A stretch of DNA of 32,000 nt, taken from assembly GCA_042852035.1 (NCBI GenBank), contig BAAFHK010000002.1, positions 120,001-152,000 on the forward strand, read 5' to 3'. The number at the start of each line of letters is the position of its first letter. Within the stretch, counting starts at the first letter, position 1. The notes beneath the pieces are model-generated. The model made no database searches, had not been told where the DNA came from, and saw only the letters and a list, made by a program, of their open reading frames with translations. The stretch is from Candidatus Saccharimonadota bacterium (GTDB lineage: Bacteria; Patescibacteriota; Gracilibacteria; BD1-5; UBA2023). A program made the position numbers and the translations under genes. Below are positions 9,649 to 20,286 of the stretch, one piece after another.

Positions 9649-11538
9649 ATGCGAACCCAGACAAGCGAATACATAAAAAAAATCCTCAAAAACCTGCCTC
9701 TTTCACCCTGAGTTTACCAAATGAAAGATAAGGAAGGAAAAGTGATTTATGTTGGAAAGGCAAAAAATTTAAAAAGCCGAGTGAATTCCTATTTTGATCG
9801 GACGAGTGAGCTTACTCTTGCAAAAAAACAGATGGTAGGAAAGATATCAGATATAGAAACGATACTTTGTGAGACTGAGGTTGAAGCACTTGTTCTAGAG
9901 ACTAATCTTATCAAGCACCTCACCCCCAAATACAATATCCTCATGAAGGATGATAAGAATCTTGCTTACCTAAAAATTACTCAATCACCAATTCCTGAGC
10001 TCGTAAAGACGCGTATTCGCATAAAAGATGGGTCTGAATATTTTGGCCCCTATGTATCCTGAGTTGAACAATGTGTACGGGCTTTACGGCGTATTTTTAA
10101 GATTCGAAATTGTCGAATGAAGTTTCAAGTGAACGAGTGAATATTAAGAATTACTGATAAGGCAGGGAAGACGGTTCCATGTTTAGATTACTATATCTGA
10201 CTTTGTCCTGCTCCATGTCTCTTAGAAGACGAGAAAATTTCGCTTCATAAAGAAAATATAGAGAAAGCGCGAATGTTTCTTCTTGGAAAGAACGATGACA
10301 TTATTTCCGACCTTCAAAAAGAAATGTATGCTTACTCGAAAAATCTTGAGTTTGAAAAAGCAATGGAGATAAAAGATACCCTTGAAGCTCTTAAGCTTCT
10401 TCATGAGAGACAGAAAGTCCGCGATATTGTTCAAGGAAATATTGATATTTTCTTGAAGTATGAAAAGTATGATAAAATATATATTGCCCTTACTCAAATT
10501 CGATCATCGCAGATTGTTTGAGTATTTCGACATGAGGTAAATCTTGGTGCAGATGAAAAAGAAAATTTAGATATATCATTTCTTATGAGGCAGTATTTGG
10601 ATAAAAATGATATACCAGACTTACTTATTCTCTCAGAGGGAATTTCAGATCCTTCATTTTTAGAGTTTCTAAAAACACTTCATATAGCTATAGAATATCC
10701 ACAAATTGGACCCAAAAAAGAACTTCTTGAGTTTACGCGAAATCAGATTCGTGAGTATGCCTATAAAAGAGAAATGGAAACGCTTGAGCAGAAAATTCTT
10801 ACGAGAGAACATATGGTTCATGTTTTAGAAAAACTTTGATATGATGCTCCAAAAAAATGAGAAATAATTTTCGAATGTTATGATATATCTCATACTGATG
10901 GGCATTTTACTTATGCGAGTCGGGTGGTTATTGTGAATGGAAAAGCGGAAACATCTCGATATAAAAAGTACAAAATAAAAACCCTCGATGATGGTCAGAT
11001 TGATGATTTTGCTTCCCATAAGGAAGTCATGATTCGAAGAACCATTGAGGGGCTTGAGAATAATAACTTCCCGCATCTTATTATCATCGATGGAGGAAAA
11101 TGACAGCTTTCATCTGCTCTTTCTGGAATTCGGGAGTGAAATTGGAAGTTTTTTCATGAGAAAGATCAAAAAGGTGACGAATTTGTCCCTCCCATTTGTT
11201 CTCTAGCAAAAAAGGAAGAAGAAATCTTTCTTCCAGGCAGAAAGGATTCAGTAATGTTTGAAAAGGGTACTCCAGAACTTATGGTTATCCAAAAAGCTCG
11301 AGATGAATCACATAGATTTTCCATATGAGCAAATAAAGGCGCACGTATGAAAAGTATGAAAAAGAATATTCTAGAAGAGTTACCTTGATTTGGTCCTATA
11401 ACAAGAAAAAAACTTTTAAAAATAAGTGGAGATATTGAAAATATAAAGAATATCGAACTTGAAGAAATAAAAAAAATAGTTACAAAGACACAACTTCAGA
11501 CCTTAATAGATCATTGACTGTTTTCATGTATATCCTAG
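9649..11538 (+). CDS. uvrC: Excinuclease ABC subunit C
   Basis: 629 aa. The true start is ATG 9649, giving MRTQTSEYIKKILKNLPLSP-[TGA=G]-VYQMKDKEGKVIYVGKAKNLKSRVNSYF (GIY-YIG domain). Also present are CLDYYI-G-LCPAPC, IIIDGGK-G-QL, RDESHRFSI and a C-terminal HhH. TAG stop at 11536-11538. Confidence 0.93.
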
Positions 11539-12548
11539 CTTTTGAGACATCTTGTGATGATACTTCGGTGGCTCTTATGAAAGATGGTGAGCTTATTGCT
11601 ATGAGTACACGAACTCAACTTGAGCACGATAGCACAGGCTGAGTTGTTCCTGAAGTGGCTGCGAGAAGTCATGCAAACGCAATTTTTCCATGTATATATG
11701 ATGTCCTCAAGCAATCCCAGATCCAGTTGGCTGATATAGATTATATTGCCTGCACTGAAAAGCCATGATTACTTCCATCACTATTGACTGGATTAACAGT
11801 TGCGAAGACGCTCTCGCTTACCCTCTCGGTTCCACTCATCTTAGTTGATCATATTGAGAGCCATATTTTTGCCAATTTTCTTGGACGTTCCTACGCCGAT
11901 ATTCAATTCCCAGCAGTTGTTTTGACGGTGAGTTGATGACATACGGAAATATATTTATGGAAAAGTCTTTTTGAGCTGGATATCATATGACAAACTCGAG
12001 ATGATGCTGCAGGAGAGTGTTTTGATAAAGTTGCGAAAATGATGGGGCTTTGATTTCCTGGTTGAGCAAAGATAGCAAAACTTGCTGAGGAGTATAGAAG
12101 TCTTCATGATGATGATTTTCTTTCCCAGAAAAGTCGGATTTTTCCTCTCGTATTACTCGAAAAAGATTCTCTTGATTTTTCCTTCTCAGGACTTAAGACA
12201 GCTGTCAAACGAGAGATAGATATGCGATCAGATACTTCAGAGAATAATAACTGAAATTCGAAATATCTGAGTGAAGAAGATATACGAGAGATTTCATATG
12301 AGGTAGAGGAAATTATTGCCCTTATACTTTCGAAGAAATTAGTTCGTGCTCTTGAGTTTACCGGAGCAAAAATGATGTGCCTTGCTTGATGAGTGAGTGC
12401 AAATACTCTTCTGAAAAAGAAACTCCTTGCTTATGCTGAAGAGCAGAGTATTCCTTTCCATGCGCCAATAAAGAATCTCTATTCAATGGATAATGCTGCG
12501 ATGGTTGGAATTCGAGCCTTTTATGAAATAAGAAGAAACTCCGTATAG
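11526..12548 (+). CDS. tsaD: tRNA N6-adenosine threonylcarbamoyltransferase TsaD
   Basis: 340 aa with [59 protein letters not shown] and LA-GG-VSAN. It overlaps the uvrC end by 13 nt. Confidence 0.93.
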
Positions 12549-12582
12549 TTCCATAGGAAAGTAAAGCGTCAATCCCATTTTT

Positions 12583-12610
12583 TTGATTATGAGAAACACT
12601 TTCATATAAT
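12583..12610 (+). promoter_or_regulatory. Sigma-70-like promoter TTGATT-16-TATAAT
   Basis: TTGATT is at 12583-12588 and TATAAT at 12605-12610. The ATG of the next gene is 27 nt downstream, with no SD. Confidence 0.45.
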
Positions 12611-12637
12611 TTATACACTTATTTATTATTTACTTCT

Positions 12638-13600
12638 ATGGTTACGAAATCAGCACCACAGCAAGAACAAACTGTTTCTGCAAGTGCAACAACTACATCA
12701 CTTCAGGGACTAACCATTATTATGCTCACTCTTACACTCATTTTGAATGTAATTTGTGTATACTTACTCATGGGCTTTTCTCTTCCGCTCCAGTTTCTTT
12801 CTGCGAGAACCACTCAAGACTCTTCTATATGAATTAAGAGGGCTCTTCTTGAATTAGAGTATGAGAAAGTAGGAGGAAAAGAGAACTATGATATCCTCCA
12901 GAAATATTCAAAGATGCAAATAGCACAAAATATTGATAACTTTAAAAATGCTATTAATGGTCAAAATACTGGAGATACTCCTTCAAATGGACAACCTTCA
13001 GTTACTGCTGCTGACACACTGAAAAATATTTCACAGGACGAAATAAAATCAATTGTATCAACAGCATCTATTGAATGAAATAAAAGCGCTGATATTATCG
13101 CTATAGAATATTCTGATATGGAATGTCCGTTCTGTATTCGACAATATCATTCTACAAAGCTTTTTCCAAGCCTTCTTTCTCAGTATGGAAATAAGATAGG
13201 AATTGCCTTCAAAAATAATCGTGGAGTCAACCATCCAGGTACAGAGGCAAAGGCAATAGGAGCACTTTGTGCGAAAAAAGTTTGAGGAGATGCTCTATAT
13301 CAGAAATTTTATAAAGGAGTGATGGATAAGTCTACAAATGAAGGTGGTGTTATGCCAGTTTCAGAGCTTCCCGCTCTTGCAAAATCACTTGGTCTCGATA
13401 CAACAAAATGGCAGGAATGTGTAGATAAGAAAGATACTCTTTCCCAATTTTCTGCAGAGACACAAGAGGCTCAGAAATACGGGCTCGGAGGAACTCCAGG
13501 AACTATGCTAATAAATGTTAAAACTGGAAAATATGCTACGGTTGAGGGAGCATATCCTTATGAAAAATTCGTTGCAAATATTGAGGCTCTATCTAAGTAA
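12638..13600 (+). CDS. Membrane-anchored DsbA-family thiol:disulfide oxidoreductase
   Basis: 320 aa. It has an N-terminal TM helix (LTIIMLTLTLILNVICVYLLMGF) and the thioredoxin-fold active site EYSDMECPFCIRQYH. The DsbA-like C-terminus carries GGTPGTMLIN (cis-Pro loop). Confidence 0.8.
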
Positions 13601-13617
13601 GCTTATCGAAAATAAAT

Positions 13618-13648
13618 CCCCTCAACATTATTTGAGGGGTTTTATTTT
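13618..13648. terminator. Bidirectional rho-independent terminator shared by convergent genes
   Basis: CCCCTCAA (13618-13625), loop CATTAT, TTGAGGGG (13632-13639), then TTTTATTTT. An A-rich stretch lies on the other side. The TAA of the minus-strand methyltransferase (13642-13644) sits inside the U-tract. Confidence 0.7.
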
Positions 13649-14970
13649 CGTATCCATTCATGTGGAAATCTATTTGAACAGATACCTTTTTCAATGTTCT
13701 CTAGAGAAATTATAATTCCTTGGTAGGTAAGTATTATTGGTCACGTTGGGCTTTCTATGTTCAGCTTTCCTCACCTGAGATAAAGATCGAGTTCACCCTC
13801 ATTTGCAATTTCATATTTTTGAATCCCATCAGTTTCTATATATCTATGTGAAAAAGCACCAAAATCAGTGATTCATTTTTCAATCTGACCAAACTTTTCT
13901 CAGAACCGCATAAAGTAGTATTTTTTTCTTATCGTATCAATAAATTCGTTATTTTTTACTGCTAGAAGTTTTCATTCGTGACTATAGATCGAAATATTGG
14001 GTTTTATAGTTTCATTTATACCGGTGTCTCCAATCTTTTCTATTTTTGTATTACTATTTTCTGGTCGTGTTTTTTCATGATTTTCAATAGGTTTATTTTT
14101 CCGAATTCGTGCTACAAAGAATCATCCTGTACCATCTTTATGTGGCCAAAATCTCTTTTGTGAAAGGATTTCAAAAGAATTTGGATATTTTCCCTCTATT
14201 TTTTGGATAACTCATTCATTTTCTAAAAGATTCATCGAGCAGGTTGAATAGACCATTTCCCCAGAAACTTTCAGAGAAATAAGAGCTGCTTCAAAGAGCT
14301 TCTCTTGAAGAGAGGCTATGTTTTTTATATTTTTTATATGCCAATGTTTCGTTGCAAGAGTACCTTTATATAAGGTTCATTCACCACTACATGGAGCATC
14401 GAGAAGAATTCTATCAAATGTTTCCGGTGAGTGCCTGAAGAATTGACCCGGATAAAGGGTTACTCATATATTGGAGCTTCACATACGGTCCAGATTTTGC
14501 AGAAGTTGAGGAATTCTTTCGCGAGTAGGTTCATTTGCAATTATAAATGCATTTGGATAATGTTCAGAAAGTTGTGTTGTTTTTCCACCGGGGCTCGATG
14601 CCATATCGAGTATGAGGTAAGGTTCATTGTGGATTTTTCCGTCACTGAGAACTTGAACAGATGTTGCTGCGGCAAGTTCTTGAATATAAAAATTTCAAAC
14701 GAGATGATCAAGAGTGAATCATATACGACGCTCGAGAGGATCAAAGTCATCATTTCGATCCAAAGAAAAAACATTTGGAATATATGTTTGAGAAAGTACA
14801 AAACCGTATGATTCGAGTCGTTTTTTTACCTCTTCCACACGATCGGGCTTTATTCTCAATGTTCTTGGAATCGATTTTTCTAGAGAGATAAGGAATTCCC
14901 CAAACTCATCCTCTTTTCCACTAAAGAAGGTACTTTTAAAATATTCGATGAAACGAGGATTTATATTCAT
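13642..14970 (-). CDS. NOL1/NOP2/Sun (RsmB/RsmF) family rRNA cytosine-C5 methyltransferase
   Basis: 442 aa from ATG 14968-14970. The SAM motif is LDMASSPGGKTT. The catalytic motifs are LLDAPCSGE-G-T and VYSTCSMN. The longer TTG-start ORF in the track (to 15069) overlaps the smpB 3' end and is not used. Confidence 0.85.
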
Positions 14971-14974
14971 AGTA

Positions 14975-15430
14975 CTAAAATCTAAATTTTTTTGCCATTT
15001 CTCGATCAAGGTCACGTGCTTTGATACTTTCTTTTTTTTGCCACGTCTTTTTTCCTTTAACAAGGGCAATGCGAACCTTTATGAGATTTCATTTGCTATA
15101 GAAAGAAAGTGGTACGAGAGTTGCTCACATTTCTTTTACTTTAAGTTCAAGTTTGAGTATCTCCTTCTTTTCAAGGAGTATTTCTCTCTCTCTTTTTGGA
15201 TCAATCTTTCTTACTCCTCACTTGAGCTCTCCGATATGTGTCCCTATAACTCGAGGGATTGAATTCGTAATGAGTATATAAGATCATTTAAGATTGATAT
15301 TTCCATTGCGAACGCTTTTTACTTCTTCTCAAAGGAGTTTAATTCAGGCCTCATACTCTTCGAGAATTTCATAATCAAAGAAGGCTTTTTTATTTTCCGC
15401 AAAAATGCTTTTCTGAATTCATTTTTCCAT
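14975..15430 (-). CDS. smpB: SsrA-binding protein SmpB
   Basis: 151 aa: [43 protein letters not shown]...LVPLSFY...ALVKGKKTWQKKESIKARD. It is invisible in the standard-code track because it carries 8 in-frame TGA. Confidence 0.92.
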
Positions 15431-15524
15431 GTGAGCCCGAGTATACATGAAAAATAGAAAAAGCAACTTGCGAGATTTAAAATATGTGATAAACTATATT
15501 TATATTAAATGTCAATATATATCT

Positions 15525-15740
15525 ATGCGTTTTTTGCTCTTTATCGCATTATTTGTTTCACCTATCTGACTTTCTTATGTGCATGCAGAATCTACAGGAA
15601 AATCAGAAGGAGTTTGAAGCGTACATCATACGCCCCATCCTCCACATGATCATCATGATGATGATCATGTAAAAAAACTTGATGAATCTCTCAAACGTTC
15701 ACGAGAAGAAGATGGGGTGACTGAGGATAATGAAGATTAA
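15525..15740 (+). CDS. Small secreted His/Asp-rich peptide (hypothetical)
   Basis: 71 aa. The signal-peptide-like N-terminus is MRFLLFIALFVSPIGLSYVHA. It is followed by HHTPHPPHDHHDDDH and an acidic tail. TAA stop. The call rests on ORF and composition only. Confidence 0.45.
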
Positions 15741-15784
15741 CCTCTTGAAATATGAAATGGACTCAATAATCTATGAGAAATTTT

Positions 15785-16528
15785 CTATTGGATTTCAGTA
15801 GAAAACATTTTCTTGAGTTTTTTTAGGGCAATTCATTGGTCAATAAAATAGGGAGAGGTTGCTATAGTGATACATTCTACGTTTTTCAGTAATTTTCGAA
15901 TGAATCTTAGTTTTTTTTCTTCGGGGATAAACTCCATTTCTTGAGAAAAGAAATCGAGATCAATATTTAAAACGGTATTTTTTCAGGGGGAGTAATCTTC
16001 ATATTGATTGAGTTGAAATTCATTCTCGATTCGAATTATTTTTCCAACTATTCATGATTCGATAGCAGGGGGAATATAGTTACCAACATTACATGAGAAG
16101 TTCGTAAACTCCCAAATATATTGAGCATCATGGAGTGCTTTATTTTTATCGAGAGTATTTTTATTTTCCCAGAGATCGGAGTGCTCATCAATATGAATGA
16201 GCTCAAATCATGGGCTTAAAAGTCAATCGTATATAGCCTGTACCCAGAAATAAAGAGCATGATTATGGTTATCGAATATCGTTATTGATTGGGATTCCTG
16301 ATCTCTCAATCGAATAAATTGCTTGAGTCACTTGCAAGATTTAAGAATCCCATCCTCTAGTTCTTCAAATACAATATCTTCCCCGACTTCTATATCTTCG
16401 AGCGTTCAATATTTAAGAGATGGAATTGTAAGAGTTGGATCTTTTCATTTCTTCTTTGTTCGCTCTTTGTAAGAAAATGCATTATTTCATATTTCTCACA
16501 CTAATATATATGGATTATTATAATTCAT
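15785..16528 (-). CDS. UPF0489-family protein (arginase/ureohydrolase-like fold)
   Basis: 247 aa with IFDNHNHALYFW, LIHIDEHSDL and NIDLDFF. These resemble the DxHxD / DxD metal-ligand pattern of the arginase superfamily and UPF0489 (C5orf22-like). The start lies 10 nt after the stop of the upstream gene. Confidence 0.6.
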
Positions 16529-16537
16529 GGAAAAAAA

Positions 16538-17500
16538 TTATCTCAAAACATCCCGTACAGTACTTCGAATATCATACCCTACTTCGTCTGACCTTATATT
16601 GATTGATGGGCTTCTTTCATTCGGGCCTTTTTCTATTTTTTTTGAATGTTGAGTATCGCTGTTTGTGGTCTCTTTTGAAAGGAGAGTTTGTATTAGACGA
16701 GCTGTTTCTGTAGGTTGAGGCACATAGTACATGCTTGTAACTCCCTGATTGAGATCTCATCATTCTGTCATTATTTCTATGGTTCCATACTGAAAAAAAC
16801 TTCAAATGAATGATGGATATTTTGCGGTTACGGTTTTTACCTTTTCTCCCTCCACAGCTTGACTTGAAGAAAGCATTCCTGATTGATTTACAAAGATAAT
16901 TTTTCCAGGAACAACGATATTGTAGTCCATTTCGAGATCCATCATTTTTTTTCTATATTTTCCGAGTAAAAGCCACTGAATAAAAAGGAGAACCCCATCA
17001 GAGATGATCCATATTCCCCAGTTTATTTTTAGGTGCGTAATATAAAAAATAATACTCCAGATAAGAAGTCATATAATAATCCACTGATTTAAGATAGTTT
17101 GATTAAAGAATCGAATAAAGTAATTGTCTCATTCCTTGAGGGATGCGATAAGTTTCTGAGTATCGGTTTCGATTCGAGGAGCATCGTAGACCTGTCGGAA
17201 ATGAGCCAGATAACTCCACACAGAGAAAATGAAGAGAAGTAATGAAAAGGCTACTCATATAAGAAGAGAATACTTTAGATTCAGATCTTTGTATGAAAAG
17301 TATGAAATATAAATATTCGTGAATGAGAGAATGAGAATGAGGAGTGGTACCCATATCATTGCAAGTCAAAATATCCAAGAACGCTTTATAACCATTATTT
17401 TCTTTATTCACTCATCATTCAATCTTTCAATAGTTTCAGTTTCACTATTGATATTAAATGATTTAAATATCGTAGAATATATTTTATGGAAGGGAATCAT
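16538..17500 (-). CDS. Membrane protein with YdbS/YdbT-like bacterial PH (bPH) domain
   Basis: 320 aa, visible only in code 25. It has several TM helices (IFGLAMIWVPLLILILSF, WIIIGLLIWSIIFYI, GIWIISDGVLLFIQWLLL). These are followed by VVPGKIIFVNQSG...YGTIEIMTEGGDL...YVPQP. The track ORF 17103-17411 is in the wrong frame. Confidence 0.6.
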
Positions 17501-17538
17501 GAATAGTGAAGATTATAAAATATATTATATTGGAAGAC

Positions 17539-18093
17539 TTATTTATTTTTAAATAAATGTATTCTTCATAGAGCCTCATCAAGAACTTCATCTGGGGTTT
17601 TACCCGTTGTATCTATAACTATATTGTAAAAATTCATGTCATATATATGTATTCAATAATACTTCATATATCGTTCATCTTCACTTTTTCTACGAATATT
17701 TATATTGTTAGCTGCGTCTTCTATGTCGAAGTGACTTTCGATCACTGAGTTTCTGGTTGAATCATTGAATATCCTCTTAGCAGCTTCATGACTATCAACT
17801 TGGAGAAATATTTTTATTGCATGGGGAATAAAGTGGAATGCTAGGCGTCAGTCTATTATAAAGTTATCTTCTGTTAATCCAATTTTCTTTTGACGGTCGT
17901 CAAGTATATGGTCGATGATTCCTCAGTCTATTTCTGCTTCTTTAGCAAGCTCTAAGAGAGATATTCATCTCTCTCAAGCCATTTCTCTCATGAAGGTTCA
18001 TGTAGAATATTGTTTATATCAGAATATTTCAGCAAGTTTTTTTCAAAGAGTGCTTTTTCCTGAACCAAGATGTCAGCCGAGGGTAATTATCAT
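17539..18093 (-). CDS. P-loop kinase, cytidylate-kinase-like / AAA family
   Basis: 184 aa. The P-loop is MIITLG-G-HLGSGKSTL-G-KKLAE, with a lid/NMP-like region. It is absent from the standard-code track. TAA stop. Confidence 0.7.
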
Positions 18094-18129
18094 AATATCG
18101 AAATTATATTCAAACCTAAAAAAACGCAA

Positions 18130-20013
18130 TTATCGTATCTTCCAATTTGTTATCTCATCAGAGGTAAGTGGGGTTACGAATTCATTAGCATAGTATATTT
18201 TACTTGCTGGACGCGATTTTCCTACGTACCCAGTTTTTGTATAGGCTATCTCCTTTCGGAAACATGACTCATCGAGGCAGAGGCTCCCAAGAGTTACTCA
18301 TACTGGTGGAATAATCTCTTTTTTCCTTATGTATCATCGGCGTATGAGTTCTTCTGCAATATGATGAAAAATGGGTCATGCTCAAGTGACTCATGATACA
18401 TCATCCATGCTAGAATTATCAGCATTTCCAACCCAGACTCAGATAATAATTTCATCAGTGTATGCTATAGTCCAATTATCATGAAAGTCGGTACTAGTTC
18501 ATGTTTTTACTGCCATAGGAAGGGATGTATTGAGGATGCTAGATTCACCGAAAGTCATACTTCGATTTGCATGATCAGAGAGTATATCGTAAAGGAGAAA
18601 ATTTTGAGGATTATTCAGTTCTGTAATGTGCCGATATCAGCTTACAATGTTCTCAAGAGAAAGCTCTATAGATCAGAGTACAATACCATATCCATAATAG
18701 CTTGCATCGTGATTGAGCTCGAATCAAAGTGATCGGAAATTTTCATACACTTTACTTACACCAATCTCTTCAGTAAGTCTTACAGTAGCGCTGTTAAGGC
18801 TATTTCAGAGGGCGCTTTTTAGACTTATTGGTCCATATGCTTTAGGGATATAGTTTTCTGGAACATAGGAGACTCCATCTTGTCCCGTTTCGTATACCTT
18901 TGCTTCATCTAAAATAAATTCATTTGGATCATGATGTTCTAGAATGATATGGTAGAGAAAGGGTTTTAGAACCGATCCAACAGATCGCTTTTTTACGATC
19001 ATATCATATTGATTTCATATCGCATCATCTTTATTTCCTATGTAGAGGATAACTTTCTTTTCCTTTTCTGACCAAGCATAAATGGCACCGTTGTGAACAT
19101 TTTTTGCCTCAAGAGGATATAAGACTGACCTCAGTATATTATTGGCCTCTATAGAAGCATCTTTATCTACGCTCGTTATGATTTTTTTATATGGATTTGA
19201 ACATATATCATTCGAGATGCTAAGAGTAAAATCAGAGAGTTTTGAGCTGACTGGATTATTACAGTAGAGAGAAAGTTCCTTTTTGATTCGTTCCGTGAGA
19301 AAAGGGAGGGTATCCATATAATTCTTTTTTTCCCTTTTCAGAAGAGGTTTTTCTGTTGATTTGAGTCCAAGACGATTTTCGATTTGTTTTCTGTATTCTT
19401 CAGATGATCCACCTAGATTTGGATAGCGGAGTCGTGTAATGATTTCTGAAATGGCTTCATCAGAGATGGAGTTGATATCTTTGTTTCAAAAATAGTTTTC
19501 AATCGCAGCAGGTATACCATATATTCCATTTCCCATATATACCGTCTCGAGGTATTTTTTTAGGATTTCATCTTTTGAGTACTTTATTTCTGCTATGAAG
19601 GCCCATAATCCTTCTCGAAATTTTTGGGATATACTTCGCGGGGCTTCGGGGAAGTATCTATTTTTTATATACTGTTCAGTAATCGTTGATCACCCTCGTG
19701 TTATTTTTCCTGCAAGAAGACTTTCCCGTAAAACATTCAATTTTGAAAAGAGATCTATTCCATAATGGGAATAGAATCTTTTATCTTCAATGGAAACAAT
19801 ATTATGAACTAATACAACATCAAGGCTTCAGGAGTATTCAATACTATATCAATCCTCTCAGGGGAGAAGTGCAATTTGTTTTTCATTTCTATCAAAAATC
19901 AATAAATTTCCTCGAAGATTCGGAGTTGTTTCAAGTGATTGGTAAATATCGGTAATAGTAATAACTCAAATGAGAGTGAGAGAAAATAACAGAGTGAGAA
20001 GAATGCGTTTCAT
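18130..20013 (-). CDS. Class A penicillin-binding protein (GT51 transglycosylase + transpeptidase), PBP1C-like in size
   Basis: 627 aa. It has an N-terminal anchor. GT51 motifs are EDKRFYSHYGID, RG-G-STITEQ and KDEILKKYLETVYMGNGIYGI. Transpeptidase motifs are RSVGSVLKPF (SxxK), SLNS (SxN) and KT-G-TS (KTG). Confidence 0.9.
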
Positions 20014-20054
20014 AAGCTCATTATATGGGAAAATTCTCCAAAATAAACTTTTGG

Positions 20055-20082
20055 TTTGACTTATAGAAAAATACTATATAAT
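20055..20082 (+). promoter_or_regulatory. Sigma-70-like promoter TTTGAC(T)-15/16-TATAAT for rplJL
   Basis: TTGACT is at 20056-20061 and TATAAT at 20077-20082. An untranslated leader of about 200 nt follows. Confidence 0.45.
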
Positions 20083-20089
20083 CCACTCA

Positions 20090-20286
20090 CTCTATCGGAG
20101 ACCGTGAGACGGACAATAGTTCTATAAATCTCACCGAGATGGACAATTAGATTTGAATTACTGGCCTCGTAGAAATTCTATGGCGTATTCACTAAAGTTG
20201 TTCGTACGATATTGTGCGATTTTTTTTCGCATTTCGTCAGAGTTTATGATTTTTTCATAATTATAATTCCTCAATTTTTACTCGTT
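20090..20286 (+). promoter_or_regulatory. Candidate rplJ (L10) autoregulatory leader
   Basis: A leader of about 200 nt precedes rplJ, the position where L10-leader RNAs are known. It contains a duplicated GAGA(C/T)GGACAAT motif 27 nt apart. It also has small hairpins (CCGT-GAG-ACGG; ATCTC-ACC-GAGAT). Assignment is by position only. Confidence 0.3.

Noticed and set aside
14431-14811. 126-aa plus-strand ORF
   Set aside because: It is antisense to the SAM-binding core (PGGKT, DAPCSGEG) of the RsmB/F-type methyltransferase.
14971-15069. Upstream TTG-start extension of the methyltransferase ORF (track 14719-15069)
   Set aside because: The extension overlaps the well-conserved C-terminus of smpB in another frame. 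An ATG at 14968-14970 lies 4 nt after the smpB stop and gives a normal N-terminus.
15431-15784. Possible tmRNA (ssrA) next to smpB
   Set aside because: The non-coding stretches flanking smpB are under 100 nt. They contain no tRNA-like acceptor/T-arm sequence (no GGTTCGA-type motif), so they are too short for ssrA.
17103-17411. 102-aa minus-strand ORF (Cys/His/Ser-rich, GTG start)
   Set aside because: It is off-frame within the bPH membrane-protein gene. The +1 frame gives coherent TM helices and a PH-like domain over 320 codons.
20212-20286. 5' extension of rplJ in the ORF track (MCDFFSHFVRVYDFF...)
   Set aside because: It has a non-ATG start and non-protein-like composition. The canonical L10 N-terminus begins at ATG 20287.
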